From: an uncultured Bacilli bacterium
Lineage (GTDB): Bacteria > Bacillota_I > Bacilli_A > RF39 > UBA660
NCBI GenBank assembly: GCA_947625085.1
Contig: CANQMV010000003.1
Span: 1 to 41,980, forward strand
Length of the DNA: 41,980 nucleotides
Direction of reading: 5' to 3'
The position numbers were made by a program, and so were the translations under genes. Under the pieces are notes generated by a model that was given only the letters and a program-made list of their open reading frames with translations, was not told the DNA's origin and did not search any database. Shown here piece after piece: positions 26,645-37,033 of the stretch (position 1 is its first letter; every line of letters starts with the position of its first letter).

Positions 26645-28099
26645 TTAATCAAAAATAACGATATATGGCTCTAAACTACTTCCATCACCACTTGCAACTT
26701 TTACTTTAGAATTTAAATTAATAGTTGGATAAATAAGACCCGGGGTTTCTACATTACAATAATTAAGTTTTGAATTATTTAAACAAATAGCCGAATTTTT
26801 ATCTTTACTAGCTGGTGATAACAACCAAATATTATTATTTTTTGTAAATAAGGTTTCTAACCAACTTTTATTTTTAGAAAATGAGAATAAGTAATCACTT
26901 GGATATAATAGTCCAACTAATCCTCGCCATCTTGATTGATTAATTTCATAAATATTTTTAGCATTTCGCTCTTCTATATAAATAGTATTACTATCTAAAT
27001 TACTAAGACTTACATTTCCTAAATAATAAAGACTAGAATTAAGCATTTTTTGAGCATTATTTTCTAATAAACTTAAATAACCAGCAACTTTATTAGCACT
27101 TTCATCTGAATAATTATTTAAATAATAAGCAAGTCCAGCTTCTCCCCAATCATTATTACCAAGATAGCCATCTTTTTCTTGATAGTAATTCCAATAAGCT
27201 AAATTACTAGCTTCACTTTTTTGCTCATTTTCTAATAATTTAATATTATAATTTTTATCTCTAAATACATAATTAGTTGGTAAAATATAATCTTTTAAAT
27301 TATCATTTTTTATTATTTTAACATATTCAACTACTTCTAAATCATCATCAATTTCTGAAAATACTCCAACTATTCTCCATAATTCATTGTTAAATTTTAA
27401 ATAATTATTAACATCTAAACCTACATACCGATATTCTCTTATAATATCTTTTTCTTTATCATAACTTTGCCCATTTTGATTAATAGCTTCAATTCCTTTT
27501 TCTTTATTTTTAGTATTTTTTATTTCATCTATTAAATAAGTTGCATCATTAAAAGAATATAAATCAACTATTACATTAGTATCATAATTTTTATTTTCTA
27601 AATTAGAAACACCCGCTTCATTATCATATATTTTAACATAAAGCATTTCTGATTCATTTTTATTTAAATTATAACCTGTATAAATTATCATATCTTTATT
27701 TAATGTTTTAGTTTTGGTATAAGTTAATCCCTTATCAGTACTAATTTCATATTTAATAGTTTTATCTTTATAATAATCACTTAATTTAACTACAAACTTT
27801 TTAATTTCTTTTTCCCCAGTATTTGTTAAAGTTAAAATAAAAGGAATATTAGAGTTTTCATCACTTAAATTATCGGTATTTAAATTCATAAACTTAGTTG
27901 TTGTATCAACTTTCATATTTAAATCGCCATTTTGAAAACTTAAAATATTATTATTTCTATCAAAAGCTTTAAAATAAGCGTAACTACTTCCTAAAATTAT
28001 AAATATTAAACCAAAAACTGAGAAAGCAAAAATCTTTTTCTCTTTTTTCGTAAATTTAATATTTCTTTTTTTCTTAATTAATCTTGGTTCTTTCATCAT
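26645..28099 (-). CDS. Surface protein with SipW/TasA-type N-terminus and C-terminal C-type-lectin-like (DUF6273-like) domain
   Basis: Basic N-terminus, TM helix ending GSSYAYF..N..FQNGDL (SipW-cognate-like); YRYVG..NNYLKFNNELWRIVG; VGLLYPSDY; WLLSP...IYPTINL...SGDGS.LEPY. Confidence 0.65.
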   Translation of the reverse strand: MMKEPRLIKKKRNIKFTKKEKKIFAFSVFGLIFIILGSSYAYFKAFDRNNNILSFQNGDLNMKVDTTTKFMNLNTDNLSDENSNIPFILTLTNTGEKEIKKFVVKLSDYYKDKTIKYEISTDKGLTYTKTKTLNKDMIIYTGYNLNKNESEMLYVKIYDNEAGVSNLENKNYDTNVIVDLYSFNDATYLIDEIKNTKNKEKGIEAINQNGQSYDKEKDIIREYRYVGLDVNNYLKFNNELWRIVGVFSEIDDDLEVVEYVKIIKNDNLKDYILPTNYVFRDKNYNIKLLENEQKSEASNLAYWNYYQEKDGYLGNNDWGEAGLAYYLNNYSDESANKVAGYLSLLENNAQKMLNSSLYYLGNVSLSNLDSNTIYIEERNAKNIYEINQSRWRGLVGLLYPSDYLFSFSKNKSWLETLFTKNNNIWLLSPASKDKNSAICLNNSKLNYCNVETPGLIYPTINLNSKVKVASGDGSSLEPYIVIFD

Positions 28100-28334
28100 T
28101 AGTTGCTCCTTATAATTTTTTTTCTACTTCAAAAACCACTTTTTAGACTAATTTTAACTTAAAAATATTTTTATTTAAAATTAATCTTATTACTTACTTA
28201 TAATCTTTTCATTTCAAAATCCTCCTCTTAATTTGATTGATTTATATTATAATCTTTCAAATAATAATTAACAAGGTAGTTTACTTTTATTTACATAAGT
28301 ATAAAAAAAATTCTTAATTTTTTACTTTAAGAAT

Positions 28335-28808
28335 TTATTTATTATTTTTAGTTGAAAAACCATTTTGAACAAAATCTCTATTTCTTTCAACTTCATGAAT
28401 AAGACTTTCAAATCTTTTTAAATAATATTTTAAGGCTTGAAATAAAAGGGTTTGTTCATCAAGTTCTAAGGAAAGGGTTTCTGATTTTAAAATAGCATTT
28501 TTTATTAGACTTAAATTATCTTGTTCATAGATTCCTAATTTATAGTCATAATATTTGGTATATTTATAAGAATCTCTATCCGAAGGTATTTCTACTTTTT
28601 CATAATCATTTGGAACCTTGATATCTTCAAAGAAACTTTTAGTTTGTAAATTTCTAGCATATTCATTTTGATATTCTTTTTCCATATCTTGTAAAGATAT
28701 TAGCATAACTCCTTTGGAACTATCATCTAAATTTGCTTCATAAATTTTATCACGTAATTTTCTAATTTTTAAAATTTTCTCTTTAATTAATTCATTAGTA
28801 CTTTTCAT
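28335..28808 (-). CDS. Hypothetical helical protein
   Basis: ORF 8 bp after the polA stop with an AGGAG RBS; no recognisable motif. Confidence 0.65.
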   Translation of the reverse strand: MKSTNELIKEKILKIRKLRDKIYEANLDDSSKGVMLISLQDMEKEYQNEYARNLQTKSFFEDIKVPNDYEKVEIPSDRDSYKYTKYYDYKLGIYEQDNLSLIKNAILKSETLSLELDEQTLLFQALKYYLKRFESLIHEVERNRDFVQNGFSTKNNK

Positions 28809-28816
28809 ATTTCTCC

Positions 28817-31417
28817 TTATTTAGCATCATACCAATTATCCCCTATTTCATAATCTACTTCTAAAGGAACACTTAAAGTTGCCGAACTTGTCATAATCCG
28901 AATAACTAAATCTCTCAAAGTTTCAATTTCTTCTTTTTCAACTTCAAAAACTAACTCATCGTGAACTTGAACAAGCATTCGACTTTTTAAGTTTAATCTT
29001 GACATTTCATTATCGATTTCTACCATAGCCTTTTTTAAAATATCGGCTGCAGTTCCTTGAATTGGAGTGTTCAAAGCCATTCGTTCTCCACTTTGTCTAA
29101 TAATATAATTTTTATTATTAATTTCTTCAATTATTCTTTTACGATTAGTCAAGGTCTTAACATAACCATTTTTATAAGCCTCATAAACTAAAGAATTCAT
29201 ATAATCTTTAATACCAGGGAATGTTTCTAAATATTTATCTATGAATAATTTAGCTTCATCAATATTAATTCCTAAATCTTCAGATAAGCCAAAACTAGAA
29301 ATTCCATATATGATACCAAAATTAACCGCTTTAGCTTTCCGGCGCATTTCTTTAGTAACCTCGGAAACTGGAACATTAAAAATTTGACTAGCTGTTTTGG
29401 TATGAATATCAATTCCATTTTTAAAAGCATTAATCATATCCGTTGCCTGAGCCATATGGGCAAAAACTCGAAGTTCAATTTGAGAATAATCAAAGGAAGC
29501 AATTTTATTACCAGGTTTTGGAATAAAAGCCTTTCTTATTAATTTACCTAATTCATCCCGAATTGGTATATTTTGTAAATTAGGTCGTTCACTCGAAAGT
29601 CGCCCAGTTCTTGTTAAAGTTTGATTATAAATAGTATGAATTTTACCATCTTCTTCAATTTCATTAATAATACCAATTACATAATTAGATTTCATTTTCG
29701 AAATAGCTCGATATTCAAGCACTAAATTAACAATTTCATATTTTCCTTTTAACTTATCTAAAATATCTTTACTAGTTGAATAATTATCACCTTTTATTTT
29801 TTTAGGATAAGGAATTTTTAAATTTTTAAACAACACATCCCCCAGTTGTTTAGGAGATAAAATATTAAAAGGTACTCCGGCTAATTCATGAATAAGATTT
29901 TCTAATTTTTTTAAACTTTTATCTAATTCTTCACCCATTTCATTTAAATAATTAACATCAACTAAAAAACCATTAGTTTCCATTTTTTCTAATACATAAG
30001 TTAAAGGTTTTTCTAAATTTTCATATAAAGAAACCATATCTTCTTTGACTAATTCTTGATATATTTTTTCATATTCATTATAAATAAATACTGCTTTTAA
30101 AGCTATTTCTTTAATATAAGAATCATCTTTTGGAAATTTACAAGTTATTTCACTTCCATAAATTTTATCATAAAATTTAATCTCATATTGATAACTATTG
30201 GCAAGATATGCAACATCAGTTTTTATATTTTTATTAAGTAGATAACTAATTAACATTAAATCATCAATCTTTTTATCTATTTTTATCTGATAACGTCTAA
30301 AAACATAAAGTAATTTTTTTAAATCATAAGTATATTTTTCTTTCCCATCAAAAAAGAAATCAGTATTTTCAAGTAAGGAAAATTTTATATAATAAAGATT
30401 ATTTTTATCTTTAATTGAAACACCAAGTGGTATATCTTTATGATAATTATATCCTAAGGTTTCTAAATAAATAGCATAAGGAGATTCAAGTTTTAAATCA
30501 GCTAAATTAGTTATTTCTTGATAATCATATTTAAGTGCTGAATTAGGCTTTTTTATATCTAATTTTTTAAGTAAAGAATAAAATTCTAATTCCGTTAAAA
30601 TATTTTCATATTCTTCTTTATTAATACCTAAATATTTTATATCATCTAAATTTAAATTAATTGGAACTTTTCTATATATAGTTGCAATATCATAACTCAT
30701 ATAAGCATTTTCTTTATCATTTATTAACTTTTCTCTGGTTTTTGAAGTAATACTATCTAAATTTTCATAAACTCCATCTAAAGAACCATATTTTTGAATT
30801 AAAGAAATAGCCGTTTTTTCACCAATTCCTTTAACTCCTGGAATATTATCACTGGTATCTCCCATTAATGATTTTAAATCAATCATTTTTAAAGGGTCAT
30901 CTACTCCATAAACTTCGAAAAATTTAGCTTTATCCATCATAATATAGTCATTAGATTTTAATAATTTAACTTTAACTTTTGGAGAAATCAATTGTAATAA
31001 GTCTTTATCGCTACTAACAATTAAAGCACTTGTATCGTCTAAGGTATCTATGAAACTAGCAAACGTTCCAATAATATCATCAGCCTCATAATTATCTATT
31101 TCGTAATGTTTTATGCCCATTGCAGTTGCAAGTTCATAAGCAACACTAAATTGTTTTTTTAAATCATCAGGGGTTTCACTTCGCCCTGCTTTATAGGTTT
31201 CATATTTATCATGCCGAAAAGTTTTTCCTTTATCAAAAGCTATCATAATATGGGTTGGCGATTCTTCATTTATAATTTTATTTAGCATATTTATAAGCCC
31301 ATATAAGGCATTCGTTGGAAAATTTTTAGAATTTCGCATTAAACTACCACTATAAGCAGTTGCATAATAACTACGATATAATAAATTGTTACCATCAATT
31401 AAAATTACTTTATTCAT
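28817..31417 (-). CDS. polA: DNA polymerase I
   Basis: LIDGNNLLYRSYYA, YEADDIIG, GDTSDNIPGVKGIGEKTA, TRTGRLSSERPNLQNIP, DYSQIELR, KAVNFGIIYG, QVHDEL. Confidence 0.98.
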   Translation of the reverse strand: MNKVILIDGNNLLYRSYYATAYSGSLMRNSKNFPTNALYGLINMLNKIINEESPTHIMIAFDKGKTFRHDKYETYKAGRSETPDDLKKQFSVAYELATAMGIKHYEIDNYEADDIIGTFASFIDTLDDTSALIVSSDKDLLQLISPKVKVKLLKSNDYIMMDKAKFFEVYGVDDPLKMIDLKSLMGDTSDNIPGVKGIGEKTAISLIQKYGSLDGVYENLDSITSKTREKLINDKENAYMSYDIATIYRKVPINLNLDDIKYLGINKEEYENILTELEFYSLLKKLDIKKPNSALKYDYQEITNLADLKLESPYAIYLETLGYNYHKDIPLGVSIKDKNNLYYIKFSLLENTDFFFDGKEKYTYDLKKLLYVFRRYQIKIDKKIDDLMLISYLLNKNIKTDVAYLANSYQYEIKFYDKIYGSEITCKFPKDDSYIKEIALKAVFIYNEYEKIYQELVKEDMVSLYENLEKPLTYVLEKMETNGFLVDVNYLNEMGEELDKSLKKLENLIHELAGVPFNILSPKQLGDVLFKNLKIPYPKKIKGDNYSTSKDILDKLKGKYEIVNLVLEYRAISKMKSNYVIGIINEIEEDGKIHTIYNQTLTRTGRLSSERPNLQNIPIRDELGKLIRKAFIPKPGNKIASFDYSQIELRVFAHMAQATDMINAFKNGIDIHTKTASQIFNVPVSEVTKEMRRKAKAVNFGIIYGISSFGLSEDLGINIDEAKLFIDKYLETFPGIKDYMNSLVYEAYKNGYVKTLTNRKRIIEEINNKNYIIRQSGERMALNTPIQGTAADILKKAMVEIDNEMSRLNLKSRMLVQVHDELVFEVEKEEIETLRDLVIRIMTSSATLSVPLEVDYEIGDNWYDAK

Positions 31418-32118
31418 ATTTCACCATATGTTATTGTAATAAGATAAGTTGTTAGTTTATCAGTATCACGATTATCTTCATTATTTATTATTTCTTCATT
31501 CATGAAGTTTAAAAGATTCAAAGTTATTTTTTTAATATTTTTAGTACTATCAGTTGTAACAGTAATTTGATTTACATCCGTATTTTCATAATCTAAAGAA
31601 AATAAAGTTGCAAGTTCCGACGTTTTTATTTCATAAGTATATTCATATTCATCAGTTGATGTAAATTTTACTTCTTTTGTTAAAGTAGCATTTTTGATAA
31701 TTCTTTTTAATTCATATAAATCTAAAAAGTTTACATTAAAAGAATCAGTCTCATTATTTATTAATTTACCATTTTGATATGAAAAAAGATAAGTTTTCGA
31801 ATCGTTTGTTAAAGTAATTTGTAATTTGTTTTTTTCACCTAAATACTCATCTACTTCATCATTTTTAGTAATTGTATAATTAAATTTATAGGAATTATCT
31901 TCTAAATTTTTAGTATTAAATGGCAAACTAAGCGTTGTTTCTTCTTGTTCTTCGGTTGGTTTCAGTTGGTTATTAGAATTTTGATTAAAAGAAAAAGCTA
32001 GATATAAAATTAGAAAAAAGAAAAAGTAAAAGATAAAAAATGAATATCTTTTTCCCGTATCACTTCTTAGCCATTTATAAACTGATTTAATTGTAATATT
32101 TCCTTTTTCATCTCTCAT
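31414..32118 (-). CDS. Hypothetical membrane-anchored protein
   Basis: Single N-terminal TM helix; overlaps fmt and polA (translational coupling). Confidence 0.7.
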   Translation of the reverse strand: MRDEKGNITIKSVYKWLRSDTGKRYSFFIFYFFFFLILYLAFSFNQNSNNQLKPTEEQEETTLSLPFNTKNLEDNSYKFNYTITKNDEVDEYLGEKNKLQITLTNDSKTYLFSYQNGKLINNETDSFNVNFLDLYELKRIIKNATLTKEVKFTSTDEYEYTYEIKTSELATLFSLDYENTDVNQITVTTDSTKNIKKITLNLLNFMNEEIINNEDNRDTDKLTTYLITITYGEI

Positions 32119-33064
32119 ATAAACTCCTATTTACAACTTCGCCAATTAAATTTTTGCTATAACCATTTAAAAAACTAACGGCATCTACTTTCTTTTTACC
32201 TTCCATTTGTAAGGTTTTTATTTTTATTAAACCATCTTTAGCTTTAATAAAAATTCCTTTATCAACTTTAACTATTTCCCCATTTTGGTGGTCTTGATAA
32301 CTTAAATCATAAACTTTTTCGGCTTCATAAATTTTAACAATTTTAGAATCTAGCATTAAATAACTTCCAGGTTTAGGACTTAATCCCCGAATTTTATTAT
32401 AAATTTTAGTAATTTCTAAGTTAAAATCTAATAATTCATCAGCTCTTGTAATATTATATCCATAAGTTGCTAAAGCCTCATCTTGTTTTACGCTTTTAGC
32501 AGTTCCAGTTATAATACTAGGAAGAGTTTCAATTAATAAATCTTCTCCTAACTTACTTAATTTATCATGTAAAGTTTGATAGGTATCAGAATCTTCAATA
32601 GGAATTTTTGCTAATGAAATAATATCTCCTGTATCCATTCCTAAATCCATATGCATAATAGTAATACCAGTTTCCTTATCTCCATTAATTATGGCTCTTT
32701 GAATTGGTGAACCACCTCGAAGACTTGGAAGCAAGGAAGCATGAACATTTATGCAACCATATTTAGGATAATCTAAAATTTCTTTTGGTAAAATTTGCCC
32801 ATAAGCACATGTAATAATAATATCTGGTTTTAAATTTAAAATATCTTGATAATCTTTTTTTATTTTTAGAGGTTGAAAAACGGGAATATTATTTTGTAAA
32901 GCTAAAGTTTTAATAGGTGGACTTGCTAATTCTTTTTTTCTTCCCACTAATTTATCAGGTTGACAAACAACTCCTATAACTTTAGTATTAATGATTAATG
33001 CATTTAAAATATTCAAACTAAATTCAGGAGTTCCCATGAATACTACTTTTAAATCTTTTAACAT
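32108..33064 (-). CDS. fmt: Methionyl-tRNA formyltransferase
   Basis: VVFMGTPEF, QPDK..GR, CAYGQIL, INVHASLLP.LRGGSPIQ, MDLGMDTGD. Confidence 0.97.
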   Translation of the reverse strand: MLKDLKVVFMGTPEFSLNILNALIINTKVIGVVCQPDKLVGRKKELASPPIKTLALQNNIPVFQPLKIKKDYQDILNLKPDIIITCAYGQILPKEILDYPKYGCINVHASLLPSLRGGSPIQRAIINGDKETGITIMHMDLGMDTGDIISLAKIPIEDSDTYQTLHDKLSKLGEDLLIETLPSIITGTAKSVKQDEALATYGYNITRADELLDFNLEITKIYNKIRGLSPKPGSYLMLDSKIVKIYEAEKVYDLSYQDHQNGEIVKVDKGIFIKAKDGLIKIKTLQMEGKKKVDAVSFLNGYSKNLIGEVVNRSLYER

Positions 33065-33141
33065 AATATCACTCTCTTTACTAATTTTAGCATAAATAAC
33101 TTAAAATGAATAGAAATTTTAGTTATTTTAGTAATTTACTA

Positions 33142-34914
33142 TTATAGTTTTTTTTCTTTTACTTTTAAATAATCTTCGATTGTATTTCTTTGAAAATTCA
33201 AATAAGTACAACTTTCTCGCATTTTACTTTCTAAATTTGCAATCTCTTTATCACTAGATTTTTTAAAATAAAGTAAATTAAGAGCCTCGATATTTAATAA
33301 ATCAGCATAACGTCTTAAGGGACTTGTAATATGAGAATAACAGGGAAGTTGTAAACCAACATGACCTATATTATCAACCGTATAAAAGGACTTAGCTTGA
33401 TAACCATTTAACTTTTTTAACATTTTGGAATATTCACTGGAATGGGATTGAAATTTCATTTTAGCAATTAATTCTTCAAAAGTTGTATCAATTTCTTGAC
33501 ATCTATAAACATAAGGAAGTTTATTGGTTTTGAAATAATCAGCAACTTTATAACCCGTTAAAATCATCGAATGGGCAACTAAATCTTCGGAAAAATTACC
33601 TAAAAATTGTAAATTACCAACTAAATTACTACTTTTATTTGCTTCATAATAAGAAACATTTTTTAACATCTTCTTTAAGGTTTCTAAAATTCTAGCATAA
33701 TAATATAACATTAATTCACTTTCTTTATCTTTGCCACCTTTTTTATATAATTCATTTAAAGCATTATAACTGGTCCTTTCCGATACTTCAATTGTTGTAT
33801 TTAAAAAATAACTATTAACTAAATTAAAATTAGAATCATATTCAAAACAAAAAGTTTTTGTATAACGTCTTTTTCCTTTAACTAAAGACCAAGAATCTCC
33901 AGCTAGGGAAAGTGGAAACATTGGAATTTGAATATCTTTTTGATAAATAGTCGACGATTTTAATTTGGCATTTTTAATTAACTTAGAATTATAAGTAACA
34001 TAAGCAAAGGGGTCAGCTATATGAATTTTATGAATAATATTACCATTTTTAAGTACTTCTAAAGAAGTAGCATCATCTAAAACTAAAGCCTCATCTTCAT
34101 CAATAGTCATAATATAATCATTTATTTTTAACCGAACTTCTTCATCTAATTTTTTAAAATTCGTATTAGAATTTTCCACTTTCCCAATTGAAAATAATGA
34201 AAATAAATTTTTTTTATTATTAATTCGATTTAAAATTTTTCTAATTCTTATCCTTAAGGCTTCTTCATTTTCAAACTTTAAATATTTATCCACCGAGATT
34301 TTTATATTTACTTGCATATTAGGAGTTATAATGAAGTCTTTATTATTTAAAAATTTATTAATAACTCTTTCATAATATAAACATAAACCTTGATTTTTCA
34401 TAGTTAAACTTTTTATATATTCAAAAATAACTTTTAAAAAAATCGGTATTTGAAAAATTTTTTTATTTAAAACTTCACTATTTGCTTCTATTACCTTATC
34501 AAGATATTCTAATTTTTTATATTTAAAAATAACTTCATATAACAAATTTTCTATATTTTTTTCAATCATTATCTTTGTTAGAGTATTAGTTATTTCTCTA
34601 AAAGTTAAAAAGTTTAAATTACTAGGTATACTATTTTTTTTATAAAATTCTAAAATAATTAAAACCTCTTCTTTTCGTTTTTCAAAACTTTGAAAATTTA
34701 AAAAATCTATATTTTTATTTAAAATCTTAAGTATATTTTTTAAATAAGAATAATCTCTAGTTTCATTATAATCAAGGGATATTTTTTTTAAAGTTCGTAA
34801 AAATTTTAAAAAATAAGCGTTAATATCAATTTGGAAATTTTTATCTTGTTCATAATTAGGTTCCAACATTAATACTCGCTCATTCATTTTATTCACTCCT
34901 TCTATTAATACCAA
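33142..34914 (-). CDS. RNB (RNase II/R) catalytic-domain protein with atypical N-terminus
   Basis: TIDEDEALVLDDATS, IHIADP, STIY...MFP, YSHITSPLRRYADL; no cold-shock or S1 domains. The real start may be the second Met (MNERV). Confidence 0.85.
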   Translation of the reverse strand: MVLIEGVNKMNERVLMLEPNYEQDKNFQIDINAYFLKFLRTLKKISLDYNETRDYSYLKNILKILNKNIDFLNFQSFEKRKEEVLIILEFYKKNSIPSNLNFLTFREITNTLTKIMIEKNIENLLYEVIFKYKKLEYLDKVIEANSEVLNKKIFQIPIFLKVIFEYIKSLTMKNQGLCLYYERVINKFLNNKDFIITPNMQVNIKISVDKYLKFENEEALRIRIRKILNRINNKKNLFSLFSIGKVENSNTNFKKLDEEVRLKINDYIMTIDEDEALVLDDATSLEVLKNGNIIHKIHIADPFAYVTYNSKLIKNAKLKSSTIYQKDIQIPMFPLSLAGDSWSLVKGKRRYTKTFCFEYDSNFNLVNSYFLNTTIEVSERTSYNALNELYKKGGKDKESELMLYYYARILETLKKMLKNVSYYEANKSSNLVGNLQFLGNFSEDLVAHSMILTGYKVADYFKTNKLPYVYRCQEIDTTFEELIAKMKFQSHSSEYSKMLKKLNGYQAKSFYTVDNIGHVGLQLPCYSHITSPLRRYADLLNIEALNLLYFKKSSDKEIANLESKMRESCTYLNFQRNTIEDYLKVKEKKL

Positions 34915-35800
34915 TTAAAGTTACTTCATCTGTTAAAAATTTTATTCTTTCGATAATTCGTCTTGCTTTTATTTTATCTAACGATGATTTGGTTATTTGT
35001 AAGTGATTTTCGAGTTCTTCAATAGTAAGATTAGAAGTGAAGAAGGTTGGTAATTTGTAATCCATTCGATATTGTAAAATACTTCCTAATATTTCATCTC
35101 TAGACCAATCAGTTAATTTTTCAGCTCCAATATCATCAATTAATAAAAGTGGTACTTCTTTAATTTGATTAAATAAATCTTTTGATTCAGAATTATTATT
35201 GTTAAAATTTTCTTTTAAACTCCTTAAAAATTCTGGAAAATAAATAATAGCACTTTCTTTATTAAGTTTAGCAAGTTCATTAAATAAAGAGGCAATTAAA
35301 TAAGATTTTCCAGAGCCAAAATTTCCATTTAAATAAATACCTTTACATTCACTATTTTTACGATATGAATCATAAAAGGCTTTAATTTTTTTAATAATTT
35401 CTAACCTATTTTTATCATCTTTATAAATATTTTTAAAACAAGCACTTTTTAAAATAGGTGGTACTTCATAAAAATAAATATTTTTTAAAAAGCGATTTTT
35501 ATCTTCCATTTGTTCTTTAAAATCACATTTTTGATAAATAAATGTAAGATGACGATTAGAAACAACAGGCGTTAACCGAAATCCTTTCATGCTATTTTGA
35601 CATCCAAGTAGTGATTTGCAATTTTTACAATTTTTAAATTCTAATGTTGCTTCTTTTAATCTAGATGTATATTTTATTTTAATATTAAAATCTATATCTA
35701 AATTATCAACTAATTCTTTAAAATCATCATCTTTTAATTCTTTAGCATAATTTACTTTAAGTAAATTTTCATCTTTAGTTTTTACAGCTAATTTTTCCAT
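34889..35800 (-). CDS. dnaI: Primosomal protein DnaI (helicase loader ATPase)
   Basis: N-terminal Cys zinc motif CKNCK..C, GIYLNGNFGSGKSYL, LLIDDIGAE..WSRDEILGSILQYR, PTFFTSN, RIIERI. Confidence 0.93.
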   Translation of the reverse strand: MEKLAVKTKDENLLKVNYAKELKDDDFKELVDNLDIDFNIKIKYTSRLKEATLEFKNCKNCKSLLGCQNSMKGFRLTPVVSNRHLTFIYQKCDFKEQMEDKNRFLKNIYFYEVPPILKSACFKNIYKDDKNRLEIIKKIKAFYDSYRKNSECKGIYLNGNFGSGKSYLIASLFNELAKLNKESAIIYFPEFLRSLKENFNNNNSESKDLFNQIKEVPLLLIDDIGAEKLTDWSRDEILGSILQYRMDYKLPTFFTSNLTIEELENHLQITKSSLDKIKARRIIERIKFLTDEVTLIGINRRSE

Positions 35801-35857
35801 TTAATCACCAACTTCATTTATTTACTATATCATAAAATATTATTAGAAACAATAAAA

Positions 35858-35875
35858 GTAGAAACAAAGTTCTAC
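35858..35875 (-). terminator. Intrinsic terminator overlapping the aminopeptidase stop
   Basis: GTAGAA-6 nt-TTCTAC stem followed by TTTTATT on the minus strand. Confidence 0.5.
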
Positions 35876-35876
35876 C

Positions 35877-36983
35877 TTATTTTAAATCATAATTTAAATT
35901 TTTAAGTTCATCTAAAACAAATAATCCATCTTTTCTAATTAAAACATCATCAAAGTAAATTTCTCCGCCACCGTAGTCTTTTCTTTGAATTAAAACCATA
36001 TCCCAGTGAATATCGGAAACATTACCGTTAAAACATTCTTTATAGGCAGAACCTGGAGTAAAATGAATACTACCACCTATTTTTTCATCATATAAAATAT
36101 CGCCAATTGGATTTAATATTTTAGGATTTAGACCAAAGGAAAATTCACCTACTCGTCTACTTCCTTCGTCAGTATCTAAAATTTCATTTAATTTTTCAGA
36201 ATTATTTTTGCATTTTGCTTCAACAATTTTACCATTTTTAAATGTTAAACTAACATCTTCAAAAATATATCCATCATATGGAGATTCTGTATTATAAGTA
36301 ATTGTTCCATTAATACTATCTAAAACTGGAGCCGTAAAAACTTCCCCATCAGGAATATTAGATTCACCTGAACAAATTATTGCTGGAAGGCCTTTAATAC
36401 TAAAAGTAATATCAGTATTTTTACCGGTAATTCGAACTTTATCAGTTTTTTCCATTAGTCTTTTAAGTGGTAACATATCTCTATACATTTGGTCATATGG
36501 AGCAGTCATCACCTCAAAAGCAAACTCTGAAAATTTCTTATAAGTCATTTTGGCTTTATAAGCATCTATAAAACTTGGATAATTTAAAAGAACCCATTTC
36601 TTTTTATTTACTTGAATATCTTTATATTTACTTAAAGCCTTTTTTAATTTATTATTCATTTCAATATCAACATTTCTATCATAATAATCACTTAAAGTAT
36701 ATCTAATTTGAATAAAAGAATCATACTCTTCTACTTCAAATTTTAAAATATTTTTTTTATTTTCAATAATTGCATCATTTAAATTTTCTTTAACTAAATT
36801 ACTAATTTCAGGGTCAATATATTTTATAGTTGGAATTCCTTTATGATTTAATATTTCAGATACTAAAGCTCTAATAAGAGGCATTGTTTCTTCAGATTGA
36901 TAAGTTATTAAAACTTTTTCTCCTTCTTGAACTTTAATACTATGATTAACTAATATTTGACTTAATTTTTCAATTTTTTCCAT
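35877..36983 (-). CDS. ampS: Aminopeptidase, peptidase family M29 (AmpS/PepS)
   Basis: NIPDGEVFTAP, VGEFSFG, LYDEKIGGSIHFTPG, SDIHWDMV. Confidence 0.92.
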   Translation of the reverse strand: MEKIEKLSQILVNHSIKVQEGEKVLITYQSEETMPLIRALVSEILNHKGIPTIKYIDPEISNLVKENLNDAIIENKKNILKFEVEEYDSFIQIRYTLSDYYDRNVDIEMNNKLKKALSKYKDIQVNKKKWVLLNYPSFIDAYKAKMTYKKFSEFAFEVMTAPYDQMYRDMLPLKRLMEKTDKVRITGKNTDITFSIKGLPAIICSGESNIPDGEVFTAPVLDSINGTITYNTESPYDGYIFEDVSLTFKNGKIVEAKCKNNSEKLNEILDTDEGSRRVGEFSFGLNPKILNPIGDILYDEKIGGSIHFTPGSAYKECFNGNVSDIHWDMVLIQRKDYGGGEIYFDDVLIRKDGLFVLDELKNLNYDLK

Positions 36984-36987
36984 TTTA

Positions 36988-37014
36988 ACATTCCTTTCTT
37001 TGTTACATAAAATA
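36988..37014 (+). promoter_or_regulatory. Putative sigma-K-type promoter
   Basis: AC (36988-36989), 16-nt spacer, CATAAAATA (37006-37014), matching the AC-16/17-CATAnnnTA consensus; short motif in AT-rich DNA. Confidence 0.35.
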
Positions 37015-37033
37015 TCTTGGAAAGGAGTATTTT

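Noticed and set aside
26726-26827. Active VR for the DGR
   Set aside because: Protein-level similarity only; numerous non-adenine mismatches and one codon indel versus the TR.
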